In this document: positions 50,111 to 58,724 of the stretch, in pieces | Numbering within the stretch: position 1 is the stretch's first letter | Layout of the letters: each line of letters opens with the position of its first letter | Source: Polyangiales bacterium | GTDB taxonomy: Bacteria > Myxococcota_A > Polyangia > Polyangiales > Polyangiaceae | Assembly: GCA_038231275.1 (NCBI GenBank) | Contig: JBBRLQ010000006.1 | Location: 288,806-352,805 of the forward strand | DNA: 64,000 nt | Direction of reading: 5' to 3' | The notes under the pieces: generated by a model | Told to the model about the DNA's origin: nothing | The model's database searches: none | What the model saw: the letters and a program-made list of their open reading frames with translations, nothing else | Program-made: the position numbers and the translations under genes

Positions 50111-50623
50111 TCAGCGGGGCAGCGGCACGGGGTAAATGTCCGCTTCCTGTACGCCGAGGAGCGAGGCGAGCTCGCGGTAGATAGCCTCCGAGACGCCACG
50201 CGCGAAACCCTGCTCGTTCGCGTCGTAGACCATCCGGCAGCCCGCGGCGTCGATCGAGAGCGTCGTGACCGTCGCCTCGTTCGCGCGCCTGAAGGCGAGT
50301 CGATAGCGCACCCCGAGATCCAGGCCGCAGTGCCAGATCCCGTCGGGAGGGGGCGGGAGCAACATCAAGCGGTCGTAAAATGCCTGGACGCCGTGAGCAT
50401 CCTGCGACGCGCCCGTGAATGGCGTTGCGTTGCCGGGGATGCTGGTGACGCGCTCGACCCGCAGCGTGTCGAATGGCTGCGACGCCGCGGAGGGTGTTCC
50501 GGTCGCGCTTGCGCCTGCTGCGCCTGTTGCGCTCGCCGATTCGCTCGCGGCCTTGCCGCCGCACGCGACGACGAGGCACGAAACCATCAGGAATCGAACG
50601 GCGCGAGTCATTTCGGTCGGCAT
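50111..50623 (-). CDS. Hypothetical lipoprotein
   Basis: Lipobox VVAC; start uncertain (50611 is an alternative). Confidence 0.6.
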   Translation of the reverse strand: MPTEMTRAVRFLMVSCLVVACGGKAASESASATGAAGASATGTPSAASQPFDTLRVERVTSIPGNATPFTGASQDAHGVQAFYDRLMLLPPPPDGIWHCGLDLGVRYRLAFRRANEATVTTLSIDAAGCRMVYDANEQGFARGVSEAIYRELASLLGVQEADIYPVPLPR

Positions 50624-50751
50624 GTCCGGCCGACCTTCATGAATCATGCCTTCATCGGAGCGCTTGATTTGACTCGTGCGCACCTGCCGGGGGGGCGCCA
50701 TCGCGGTCTCGCGTTAAGATCCTGACGTCCGCACCACGTCGCGGACCTGCG

Positions 50752-52590
50752 TTACGGATGGCAGGACAGCTCGCCGCTCGGGTTGACCGACGCGCGGCCG
50801 ATCTGGTCCTGCTTCGTGCACGTCGAGGTCGCCAGCGCGCAGTTGGTGCCGAGCACGATCGATCCGTTGCCGCATTTGATGGCGGCGTAGGAGGTGCGCT
50901 CGCTGCAGTACCAACCGTCGGAGCGGCCGGTGCAGTTGTCGATGACCTTGCCGCTGTCGGAGTGGCTGCACACGCAGGCCGCCTCGCCGCCTGGACACGC
51001 GGCGATCGCTTTGCCGTCCTTGCCATCGAACGCCGCGGTCAGCGCGTCGGCGACCCGCGTGCCGACCTGTCCGCTCACCACGCCGCCCGCGTTGAGCGGC
51101 CGGTAATAGACGCCGATCTCGCTCGGCGTGTAGCCGTCGTGCGCGGCGTACCATGACCGCATCGCGTAGATCTCACCGGACGCCAGATCGGCCATCCGTT
51201 CGGCCGGCACCGTGCCGTCCATCCACGCGGCGTTCACGATCGGCGCGTAGTGGCCGTGGAGGTACGCGCGCGCGTGCGAGAGCTCCTGCGGGTGCGCGTC
51301 CGCGGTCTCCGGGAAGCCGAAGATGGTGTGCTGGTACTCTGCGGTCTGCGCATCGAGCGTCTGCGACGCGCACGCGCGCGCCAGCGTCGGGTAGCCGATG
51401 TACCGCTCGGGGCTGAAGTATTGCACCGTCGACGCGAGCGTCGTCCAGAACGCCGCGTGGCGGAGCGCGTTTCGTTGCGACGCGGGCAGGCCCATGCCCG
51501 CGAAGAGGACGATGCCCTTGATGTCCCCCTTCTGCGCGTTGCGCGACACCGTCGCGGCGTCGCCGTTCGCCTTCGCCACGAACGTGGGATCGGTCGCCGC
51601 GTCGTACTCCGGGTCGCCGAGCGCAAGGCCCGTCGTCATCGACCGGATCGCGTTGAACCAGTTGTCGCTGTTGGCCCACGTCGTCGGGACCTCGTTGATG
51701 TGCCAGATCTCTCCGGGCGCGTCGGCGGGGCGGTAGCCCTCCTTCGACATCCAGACGCGAAAGAGCTGCCCCTTCGCCTTCCACGACGCGAGATCGTGGA
51801 GCTCCGTCTTGATGCGCGCCGCGGCGATCGCCTTCGTGCTTCGATCGAGGATCGTGAGCGTGTACGTCGGCGCTGCCCCAACGTGCGTCGCGCGCTCGAC
51901 GTGGACGTTCTGCCAGCCCGGCGACCATTTGTTTCCCTTCGTCGAGCCGCCGAGGTGAAACTCCGCGGTGGGCCGCATTTGCGCGGCGCCGCCCGTTAGA
52001 CGCGCGCGCGCCGACGACGGGTTGCGCGGACGGAGCTGGTTCAAGAGCGCGCTCGCGAGCGCATCGGTGCCCGTCGCCGCGTTCGCGACGAAGACGAGGC
52101 CGCTCCCGTTCGTCGTCGGCGACAGACCCGCCGCGGGGCTCGCCGCAAGCTTGGGGACCATCACCTTCATCTTGTCGCACGCCCTCGCCTCGGCCTTGAG
52201 CCGCGAGATGAGCGGTTCGGCGTCGACCTCGTAATAGACGACGAGATCGAGCGCGGTGTCGCGGTTGCAGGCCACGCCGTCGAGCGGCACCGCGAACCCT
52301 GCGGCGTCCGTCTGCGCGTTGCTCTGCGGACGGTACGGCGAGAGGACGTCGGTGAGATCGTCGTCGTCTTGGTTCGTCGGATCGGCCACCGACACGAGCG
52401 GATCGGTCTCGTTCTCGACGAGCTCCTCGTCCACGTCTGCCGCGTAGTCTGCGGGGACCGCGTCCTCGTCGTACTCCTGCCAGAGCGCCGAGTCGGTCGC
52501 GGGAGGGGGATCCGTCCCTGCGGAGCAGGCGGCGAGCAGCGGAGCGTGGACGAGGAGAGTCACGAACACGAGCGCGGTCGGCTTGGTCAT
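50752..52590 (-). CDS. Hypothetical lipoprotein with acidic N-terminal linker and Cys-rich C-terminus
   Basis: Lipobox LAAC; Asp/Glu-rich tract; CTGRSDGWYC. Confidence 0.7.
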   Translation of the reverse strand: MTKPTALVFVTLLVHAPLLAACSAGTDPPPATDSALWQEYDEDAVPADYAADVDEELVENETDPLVSVADPTNQDDDDLTDVLSPYRPQSNAQTDAAGFAVPLDGVACNRDTALDLVVYYEVDAEPLISRLKAEARACDKMKVMVPKLAASPAAGLSPTTNGSGLVFVANAATGTDALASALLNQLRPRNPSSARARLTGGAAQMRPTAEFHLGGSTKGNKWSPGWQNVHVERATHVGAAPTYTLTILDRSTKAIAAARIKTELHDLASWKAKGQLFRVWMSKEGYRPADAPGEIWHINEVPTTWANSDNWFNAIRSMTTGLALGDPEYDAATDPTFVAKANGDAATVSRNAQKGDIKGIVLFAGMGLPASQRNALRHAAFWTTLASTVQYFSPERYIGYPTLARACASQTLDAQTAEYQHTIFGFPETADAHPQELSHARAYLHGHYAPIVNAAWMDGTVPAERMADLASGEIYAMRSWYAAHDGYTPSEIGVYYRPLNAGGVVSGQVGTRVADALTAAFDGKDGKAIAACPGGEAACVCSHSDSGKVIDNCTGRSDGWYCSERTSYAAIKCGNGSIVLGTNCALATSTCTKQDQIGRASVNPSGELSCHP

Positions 52591-52740
52591 GAAGTGGCAG
52601 GCCCTCCAGCTGCTGCACTTTTCCAACGCAAGCGTCATGCCCGCCCGATTCGACCTGACATCGGTCGGTTCGGGGACCATCCGCCGCCAACGATCCGCGA
52701 GCCCTCGCGAAGCGGATCGCCGTCGATCCCCTCTCGCGCC

Positions 52741-53559
52741 TCAGCTCGAACGCGCGAGGCGGGCCTTGGCGAGGGCCTTTCGGTACTCGCTGGCGACGCG
52801 CCCCGTCACGATCTGCTGCGGCAGCATGCGCGTGATGACGGCGCCGACGCGGTACATGAGGCCCGGCACGTGGAGGTACTTGCGACGACGGAACGCGTCG
52901 AGCCCCTCACGCGCCACGTCGTCGACCGGCGCGAGCCAGCCGCGGAGGCCGTCGAAGCGATCGCCCGCGGTCATGTCGGTCGCGATCCCGCCGGGCGCGT
53001 ACGTCGTGATCGAGACACCCTTCCCTTCGACTTCGTGGAAGAGACCGCACCCGAAGTTGATGAGGAACGCCTTCGAAGCAGAATACGCGGTCTGGTACGG
53101 CACCGGCTGGAGGCCGCCCATGCTCGACACGATCATGACGCCGCCTCCCTCGCCGCGCTTCTCGAGGTGCGGGAGCAGCTGCGTCGTCAGGCGCACGACG
53201 CTGATCACGTTCGTGTGGAGGAGACGCTCGAAGTCGTTCCAGGCGAGCTCTTGGTACTCGCCGAAGTGCGTGACGCCGGCGTTCAGCACCGCGCCGTAGA
53301 GCGGCACCTCGGTCGTCACGCGCTCGATGAGCTTGTCGACGTCGTCGAGCTTGCACATGTCGGCGGTCACGACGAGGACCTTCACGCCCGCCCTCTTCTC
53401 GAGGTCGGCCTTGAGTGCTTCGAGGCGATCGGCGCGGCGCGCGGAGAGCACGAGGTTGGCCTTGTGCTCGGTCGCGAGCTGCTCCGCGATCGTCTTGCCC
53501 AGCCCCGACGAAGCCCCCGTCACCAGCACCCAGCGATCGCGGAACTCCATCGGCTTCAT
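52741..53559 (-). CDS. SDR family oxidoreductase
   Basis: VTGASSGLG, ARRADRL, NAG, YSASK. Confidence 0.92.
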   Translation of the reverse strand: MKPMEFRDRWVLVTGASSGLGKTIAEQLATEHKANLVLSARRADRLEALKADLEKRAGVKVLVVTADMCKLDDVDKLIERVTTEVPLYGAVLNAGVTHFGEYQELAWNDFERLLHTNVISVVRLTTQLLPHLEKRGEGGGVMIVSSMGGLQPVPYQTAYSASKAFLINFGCGLFHEVEGKGVSITTYAPGGIATDMTAGDRFDGLRGWLAPVDDVAREGLDAFRRRKYLHVPGLMYRVGAVITRMLPQQIVTGRVASEYRKALAKARLARSS

Positions 53560-53561
53560 GG

Positions 53562-54692
53562 TCAGGCGAGCTCCTTCGTGTAGAGCCGGTAGCGCTTGTA
53601 AATCTGGCTGCCGAGGAGGCGGATGCCGGCGTTCATCGGCCCATTGTCCTCCAGCGTCCACCCCAACTCGCCTTGCGTCATGCCGATGCGCCGGCCGGCG
53701 TCGTTCAGCTCGGCGTAGAGGTACGACGAGAGGGCCGCGTACTTTCTGACGTGCCGCCACTTCTTGCGGATGCCGAGGATGAGCATGCGCCCACTCTTCG
53801 GCCCCTTCACCTTGAGACGCCAGAGGAGCTTGGGGAGACCCAACGGGAAGAGCTTGCCGTGCAGATCGGCGATGAGCTCGTTCAAGTTCGGCAATGCGAC
53901 GGCCACCGCGGCGGGCTCGCCGTCGATCGACACGATGCGCGTGATGTCGGGGATGAGCACCAGCTTGAAGTCCTGCGCCATCTTGCGCACTTCGTTCTTC
54001 GTCGCCGGCACGAAGCCCCAGTTGTCGCTCCAGGCATCGTTGAAGACGTCGACGATGATCTGGACGTCGCGCTCCATGTCCTTCATCGACACCGGTCGCG
54101 ACGTCAGCTCGGGCAGCGCGGCGATCTCGGTGTGCGCCTTGCGCGTGCGCGTGTTGAGGTCGCCGACGGTGTACTTCCACGCGTAGAAATCCTTCTCCTT
54201 CACGTAGCCGGCCTTCTCGACGAGGCCGCCCTGGTACGGGCGATGGTGCGGCATGAGGAAGTAGGGAGGCGTCTCGAAGCCGTCGACGAGCACGCCGAGC
54301 TCTTCGTTGATGTTGAGCGACAGCGGGCCGCGGACCTTCTTCATCCCCTTGGCCTTGAGCCACGCCTCGGCCGCCGTGAGCAGCTCCTTGGCGACATCGG
54401 GATCGTCGATCGTGTCGAGGAAGCCGAAGAACCCGGTCTCGTCCTTGTAGCGATCGAGGTGACCGTGATCGACCTGCGCGGTGATGCGGCCGACGCAGCG
54501 ATCGTCCTTGTAGGCGGTGAAGGTGGTGCCCTCGCCGTGCTCGAAGAAGGGGTTCTTCTTGGGGCTGAGGCGATCTTTCAGGTCCTGGTCGAGGCCGCGC
54601 ACGAAGTTCGGATCGCCGCGGTAGATGAGGTCGACGACATCCAGGAAATCCTTGAGGCTTCCGCCCATCGGCGTTTCGCGGATCGTGGTCAT
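53562..54692 (-). CDS. YghO/bCerS-like tandem-GNAT acyltransferase (candidate ceramide synthase)
   Basis: IYRGDPNFV, KNPFFEH, VGRITA, GFFGF.D, RGP.SLNINEE.GVLVDGF..PP..MP, NDAWSDNWGFVP, WTLEDN..MN. Confidence 0.75.
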   Translation of the reverse strand: MTTIRETPMGGSLKDFLDVVDLIYRGDPNFVRGLDQDLKDRLSPKKNPFFEHGEGTTFTAYKDDRCVGRITAQVDHGHLDRYKDETGFFGFLDTIDDPDVAKELLTAAEAWLKAKGMKKVRGPLSLNINEELGVLVDGFETPPYFLMPHHRPYQGGLVEKAGYVKEKDFYAWKYTVGDLNTRTRKAHTEIAALPELTSRPVSMKDMERDVQIIVDVFNDAWSDNWGFVPATKNEVRKMAQDFKLVLIPDITRIVSIDGEPAAVAVALPNLNELIADLHGKLFPLGLPKLLWRLKVKGPKSGRMLILGIRKKWRHVRKYAALSSYLYAELNDAGRRIGMTQGELGWTLEDNGPMNAGIRLLGSQIYKRYRLYTKELA

Positions 54693-54783
54693 GGGCCGGA
54701 GCCGTACCGCGCCCGGGGCGCTCGGTCAACGGGGCGATCTCGCGAACTTGGCCGCCGGCGCCCTCCCCCGGCATCCTGCCGCC

Positions 54784-56025
54784 GTGTCCCGAACGCATCG
54801 GCGCCGACCTCTGCTCTTCGCGCTCGCGGCGGCAGCCTCGTTCGCCGGCGTCGTCGCGTGCGGGGGACGCGCGCAGCCTCCGTCGATACCTGCTGCCCCA
54901 GTCGCCGCCGCGCCCCGAGCCTCGCCGCCGCCCCCCGTCGCGGAGATCCCTGTGGAGCCGCTCGGTCTCTGGCATTTCGAATGGCTCTCGCCGGACGGTC
55001 ATCGCGCGCTCCTGCGTCGTATCGATGGCGGCGCGCGGGGGAGCTTCGACGCGCGCGTCGTCGACGTCGACAGCGGTGAAGAGGTCGACGAGGCCGCGCT
55101 CGAGGAGCTCGCCAAGCTGCCTGTGACCACGATCGGGGGTAGGCCCGTCGACGCGCGCGAGCTCGACGCGCTCCTCGCGGCGCCGGCGTTCGGCGAAGAT
55201 CTGGTGCGCGGCGCGCAGCTGACGACGTCGTTCCCGTTCGGCTCGTGCGGACGCTTCTCCGCCGCGCCGAAGGGCCGCGCGATCGCCTTCAACGCGGGTG
55301 ATTGGCTCTACGTCGCCGACGAGCATGGTCGCGTGAAGAAGCGCGTCGCCGACGTCGCCGCGTACGATCCGCGCTTCACGCCCGACGGCAAGAGCCTCCT
55401 CTTCCGTCGCGCGACCGGCAAGATCGATCGCGTGCTCACCGGGTATGAGCTGTTCGTCGTGCCGTCCGATCTCTCGCAGCCGCCGCGCTCGCTTCCTGGG
55501 ACGGCGGGCGTGCGCGATCGCGTCGTCGTCGACGAGCCTGGAAAATACGCGATCGCGATCGCGTCGCACGAGCCGCAGGTGAAGACGTGCGCCTTCTCGG
55601 TGTCGCTGAAGTCACCGTTCCCAGTGAAGCGCCTCGCGTGCTTCGAGGGCGGCGAGCTGCTCGTCGAGTCGGTGCTCTCGCCGCACGGCCGGTGGGTCGC
55701 TGCGCTGACGACGCCGCGCGAGAGGGTGCCGGGAAAGAAGCGCGCGTTCCGTCTGCGCGTCGCGTCGCTCGAGAGCGGCAAGGTCTTGCTCGACGAGCCC
55801 GCGCAGCCCGGCCTCAACGTCCGCGCGATCAGCGACGCCGGCGTCCTCGTCGAGAGCCGCCTTGGCGAGACCGTCGTGATCGACGTCCCCGGCAAGACCC
55901 GCCGCACGCGCCCCGTCGACGTGGGGCTCCGCGCGCACTTCCGCAACGCGAACGAGCTCGTCTTCGTGCAGGGCGCGACGGTGGCCGTCCTCGACGTCAG
56001 CGTTCGTCCTCCTCGTAAGGACTAG
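54784..56025 (+). CDS. Hypothetical lipoprotein with TolB/PD40-like repeats
   Basis: Lipobox VVAC; WLSPDG, YDPRFTPDG, VLSPHG. Confidence 0.7.
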   Translation: MSRTHRRRPLLFALAAAASFAGVVACGGRAQPPSIPAAPVAAAPRASPPPPVAEIPVEPLGLWHFEWLSPDGHRALLRRIDGGARGSFDARVVDVDSGEEVDEAALEELAKLPVTTIGGRPVDARELDALLAAPAFGEDLVRGAQLTTSFPFGSCGRFSAAPKGRAIAFNAGDWLYVADEHGRVKKRVADVAAYDPRFTPDGKSLLFRRATGKIDRVLTGYELFVVPSDLSQPPRSLPGTAGVRDRVVVDEPGKYAIAIASHEPQVKTCAFSVSLKSPFPVKRLACFEGGELLVESVLSPHGRWVAALTTPRERVPGKKRAFRLRVASLESGKVLLDEPAQPGLNVRAISDAGVLVESRLGETVVIDVPGKTRRTRPVDVGLRAHFRNANELVFVQGATVAVLDVSVRPPRKD

Positions 56026-56079
56026 ACGCACCGGTCAGCGCGAACGCGCTCTGCCCGATCCCGAAGTAGGGTCCCCTCG

Positions 56080-56826
56080 TCAGGCCTCGCGGCGCGGCGT
56101 GAACGACGCCAGATCGTCCATCCCCAGCGACGCTTCCAGCGCACGAACCTCGCCCAAGACCTCGCCGTAAAGGTCCACCGCGAACGCGGCGTGCTCCTCT
56201 TTCTCGAGCGTCGCGCGGAGGGCGCGGTACTCCTTCTCGCGCATCGCCTTGCGTAGCGCCGGGAAGAGCACGGTGTTCTCGTGCGCCGCGTGGGGACGGT
56301 ACATGCGGACGAAGCTCCGCATGGACGCGGAGAGCCGTGTCCGGTTCGCGCGGTCCCGGAGACCGGGAGCGTTCGCGAGCGCGTGCACCTCGCCCGTGAG
56401 GGCCCTCCCCGCGTCGTGCTGGACGCGCAGCGTGGCGATGAGCGAGACGCACGCACCGACACGCTCGAGGCGCGGGAAGACGTGGCGCTCCTCGTCGCGC
56501 TCGTGGTGGTCCTCGATGTAGCGGCGAACGATGCTCGCCGCGCTGGCGATCGTGTCGGCAGAGAACTCGGCGCCCGCGTCGAGCCTGCGCGCGGACTCCT
56601 CGTAGACGAGCATCACGCGCTCGAGGACGGCGTGCTCGCGCATCAGGTCCTCGATCGGCGTGTCGTCACCGGCGGCGTCGGGAGCGTCGATGGGAGCCAT
56701 CGCGGACTGCCGGCCGGGCGGATCTTTGACGAGCGCGCCGAGGCCGAAGCCAAGGGCCGTCGCGCAGGCGCCCGCGGCCCCCGTCAAGAACCGCCTTCGC
56801 GCCGCAGTCTTGCCGTCGTCGGTCAT
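56080..56826 (-). CDS. Tat-exported hemerythrin-domain protein
   Basis: ARRRFL Tat motif; EH..LER, HHERDEE..FP, QH..GR, HAAHENTVLFP. Confidence 0.85.
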   Translation of the reverse strand: MTDDGKTAARRRFLTGAAGACATALGFGLGALVKDPPGRQSAMAPIDAPDAAGDDTPIEDLMREHAVLERVMLVYEESARRLDAGAEFSADTIASAASIVRRYIEDHHERDEERHVFPRLERVGACVSLIATLRVQHDAGRALTGEVHALANAPGLRDRANRTRLSASMRSFVRMYRPHAAHENTVLFPALRKAMREKEYRALRATLEKEEHAAFAVDLYGEVLGEVRALEASLGMDDLASFTPRREA

Positions 56827-57638
56827 CGGATCACCATCCTCGCCTCGCGCGCTTCCCACGCGCAGGCCTCCTCGTCGGCGAGCGCGCACGCGCGCCGGTA
56901 CGCTGCCGCAACGTCGTCTCTCGGCGCTCCTGCCGCGGCGGATGCGCGCGCGAGCTTCGCCCAGGCGTGCGGCGAAGCGGGATCGTGCGCACAGGCGCGG
57001 CGGTAGGCGGCGATGGCGACGGAGCCTCCGCTGGCATCGCCGCGCGCTTCGCAGGCCACGGCGAGGCCGAGGTCGCACGCGCGCTCGGCCGAGCGCGCGG
57101 CCTCCCCAGGGTTCCACTCCACCGCCGCGCCGTCGCCATGGAGGCGCGCCGCGCCGAGACAGCTCTCGCCGTTACCCTTCGCGCATGCGTCGGCATGCAT
57201 CGCGAGCGCCTTTGCGCCGCGCGCAGCGATTCGGCGCCCCACGTCGCTGGTGACCGCCGCCGCGACGTCCCCGTCGTCGTCGTGCGCGAGGGAGGTCGCC
57301 ACCTCTTCGCACGCGAACGCGTTGTCGTGGAGCATGCAGCCCACGTCGAGCTCGAAGAGCTCGTAGTCGCCGTACGATTTCGCCCACGGCTGCGCGCGCG
57401 CGCACGCGGTCGCAAGGCCGGCCTCGCACGCCTCGGAGAACGCGAGGCCCGCCTCCTCCGGAAAGCGCGGCGCGGCGATCCCCCGCTCGAGGGCGTCGCC
57501 GAGCTCCTCGCAGCTCGCGCGGTCTCCATTCGTCACGCACGCGTCGCGCAACGTCGCCACGCGCGCCGCTCCGGTCGGGCGGAGCTGCGCGAGCGCGAAG
57601 CCCAAGATCGCGAGCCCCGCCATTTGGCGCGCGCGCAT
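56823..57638 (-). CDS. Sel1-like Cys-rich repeat exported protein
   Basis: Repeated AC..G...[AS]C units; overlaps both neighbours (TGATG and ATGA). Confidence 0.75.
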   Translation of the reverse strand: MRARQMAGLAILGFALAQLRPTGAARVATLRDACVTNGDRASCEELGDALERGIAAPRFPEEAGLAFSEACEAGLATACARAQPWAKSYGDYELFELDVGCMLHDNAFACEEVATSLAHDDDGDVAAAVTSDVGRRIAARGAKALAMHADACAKGNGESCLGAARLHGDGAAVEWNPGEAARSAERACDLGLAVACEARGDASGGSVAIAAYRRACAHDPASPHAWAKLARASAAAGAPRDDVAAAYRRACALADEEACAWEAREARMVIR

Positions 57639-58621
57639 CACGGTACGTTGCAGGCGACCGACGACGCGGGCGTGCCGGTCGTCGCCGACGTCTCGAAGTG
57701 GAAGCCGTACGAGCCCGAGTAGAGCGCTAGCTCGAGGACGCCGTCGATCGGGGACGGGTGCGACGTCACGAGCGCGGTCGTCGGGATGTTCGACTTGAGC
57801 GGTTTGACCTGCCCGCGCCCGCCCGAGCCGACGGTGAAGAGCTTCGTGCCCGTCGCCGAAGGCGTCCCGTCGGCCGCGAGCTTCTTGAACTCTTCGTACA
57901 CGTGCACGTGGCCCTGCATGACGATGTCCGCGTGCGCGGCGACCGCGGCGCTCCAGATCGGCGCGACGCCGCTCGCCCACGGCAAGTTGTCCGCGTCGCC
58001 GCTGAACATCGTGCTGAAGCGCGCGGTGTGCATCGCCACCATCACGCACCCGTGGCCGCCGTGGCTCGCCCGCCAGGTCGAGATCCAGCTCGTGAGGCGC
58101 GACGCCTGCGACGTGCACGACTGCTCGGCGCAGTTGAGGCCGGTGTTCATCACCACGAGGAGCCAGCCCGGCGCGACCTCCGTAGAGTACGCGAAGTCGA
58201 ACGTCGCGACGCCGTTGCCGCCGGTGATGGCGGGGAAGACGTGGTTGCCCGCCGCGTTGTCTCCGTTGAAGAGCGCGTACGGTTGCTGCCCGCCCGTCCC
58301 CGCCACGCTGTTGAACTCGTGGTTGCCCACGACCGGGTACGTCTTCGGCCGCCAGCCCGCCCACGGATAGTTGCTCGCGTACGGCGCGGAGTACGAGAGG
58401 TCTCCGACGGGCAGGAGCTTCGCTCCCGGGGTGCTCGCGAGCTCGTTCGTCACGATCCCCTTGGTGGCGCTCGTCGACGAAAAATCACCGGAGACGAGCA
58501 CCGTCGCGACCGCGGTGATCGCCTCGTCCGCGGAGCCGACCGAGGGCTCCGCTTCGTCCGACGCCGACGCGCACGCTGCGAGGATGGGGAGGAGGACCAG
58601 GAGATAGGAGGAGGGGCGCAT
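57638..58621 (-). CDS. Calcineurin-like metallophosphoesterase lipoprotein
   Basis: Lipobox LAAC; SGD, VGDLSY, VGNHE, MH, GHVHVYE. Confidence 0.85.
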   Translation of the reverse strand: MRPSSYLLVLLPILAACASASDEAEPSVGSADEAITAVATVLVSGDFSSTSATKGIVTNELASTPGAKLLPVGDLSYSAPYASNYPWAGWRPKTYPVVGNHEFNSVAGTGGQQPYALFNGDNAAGNHVFPAITGGNGVATFDFAYSTEVAPGWLLVVMNTGLNCAEQSCTSQASRLTSWISTWRASHGGHGCVMVAMHTARFSTMFSGDADNLPWASGVAPIWSAAVAAHADIVMQGHVHVYEEFKKLAADGTPSATGTKLFTVGSGGRGQVKPLKSNIPTTALVTSHPSPIDGVLELALYSGSYGFHFETSATTGTPASSVACNVP

Positions 58622-58625
58622 GACG

Positions 58626-58720
58626 GTGAATGGGGACGAGCGGACGCATTTACGAAATTTTCTTTTCGCCTCCGTCTCGCGTGAAAATTTTCGTAAGCGG
58701 CGAACGAGCGGCCCATTCAC
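58626..58720. promoter_or_regulatory. Back-to-back putative ECF promoters, CGTAA[AG]-N15-CCATTCAC
   Basis: Minus: CGTAAA 58654-58649 and CCATTCAC 58633-58626. Plus: CGTAAG 58692-58697 and CCATTCAC 58713-58720. Each ends 4 bp before an ATG. Confidence 0.7.
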
Positions 58721-58724
58721 CCGC

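Noticed and set aside
50415-50422. Extra GTGAATGG (CCATTCAC) copies here and near 41556
   Set aside because: Inside coding regions, without the -35 element at 15 bp or an adjacent start codon
52741-55569. 942-aa ORF suggesting a giant SDR fusion
   Set aside because: Only the last 272 aa are SDR; the upstream part overlaps the bCerS-like gene in another frame
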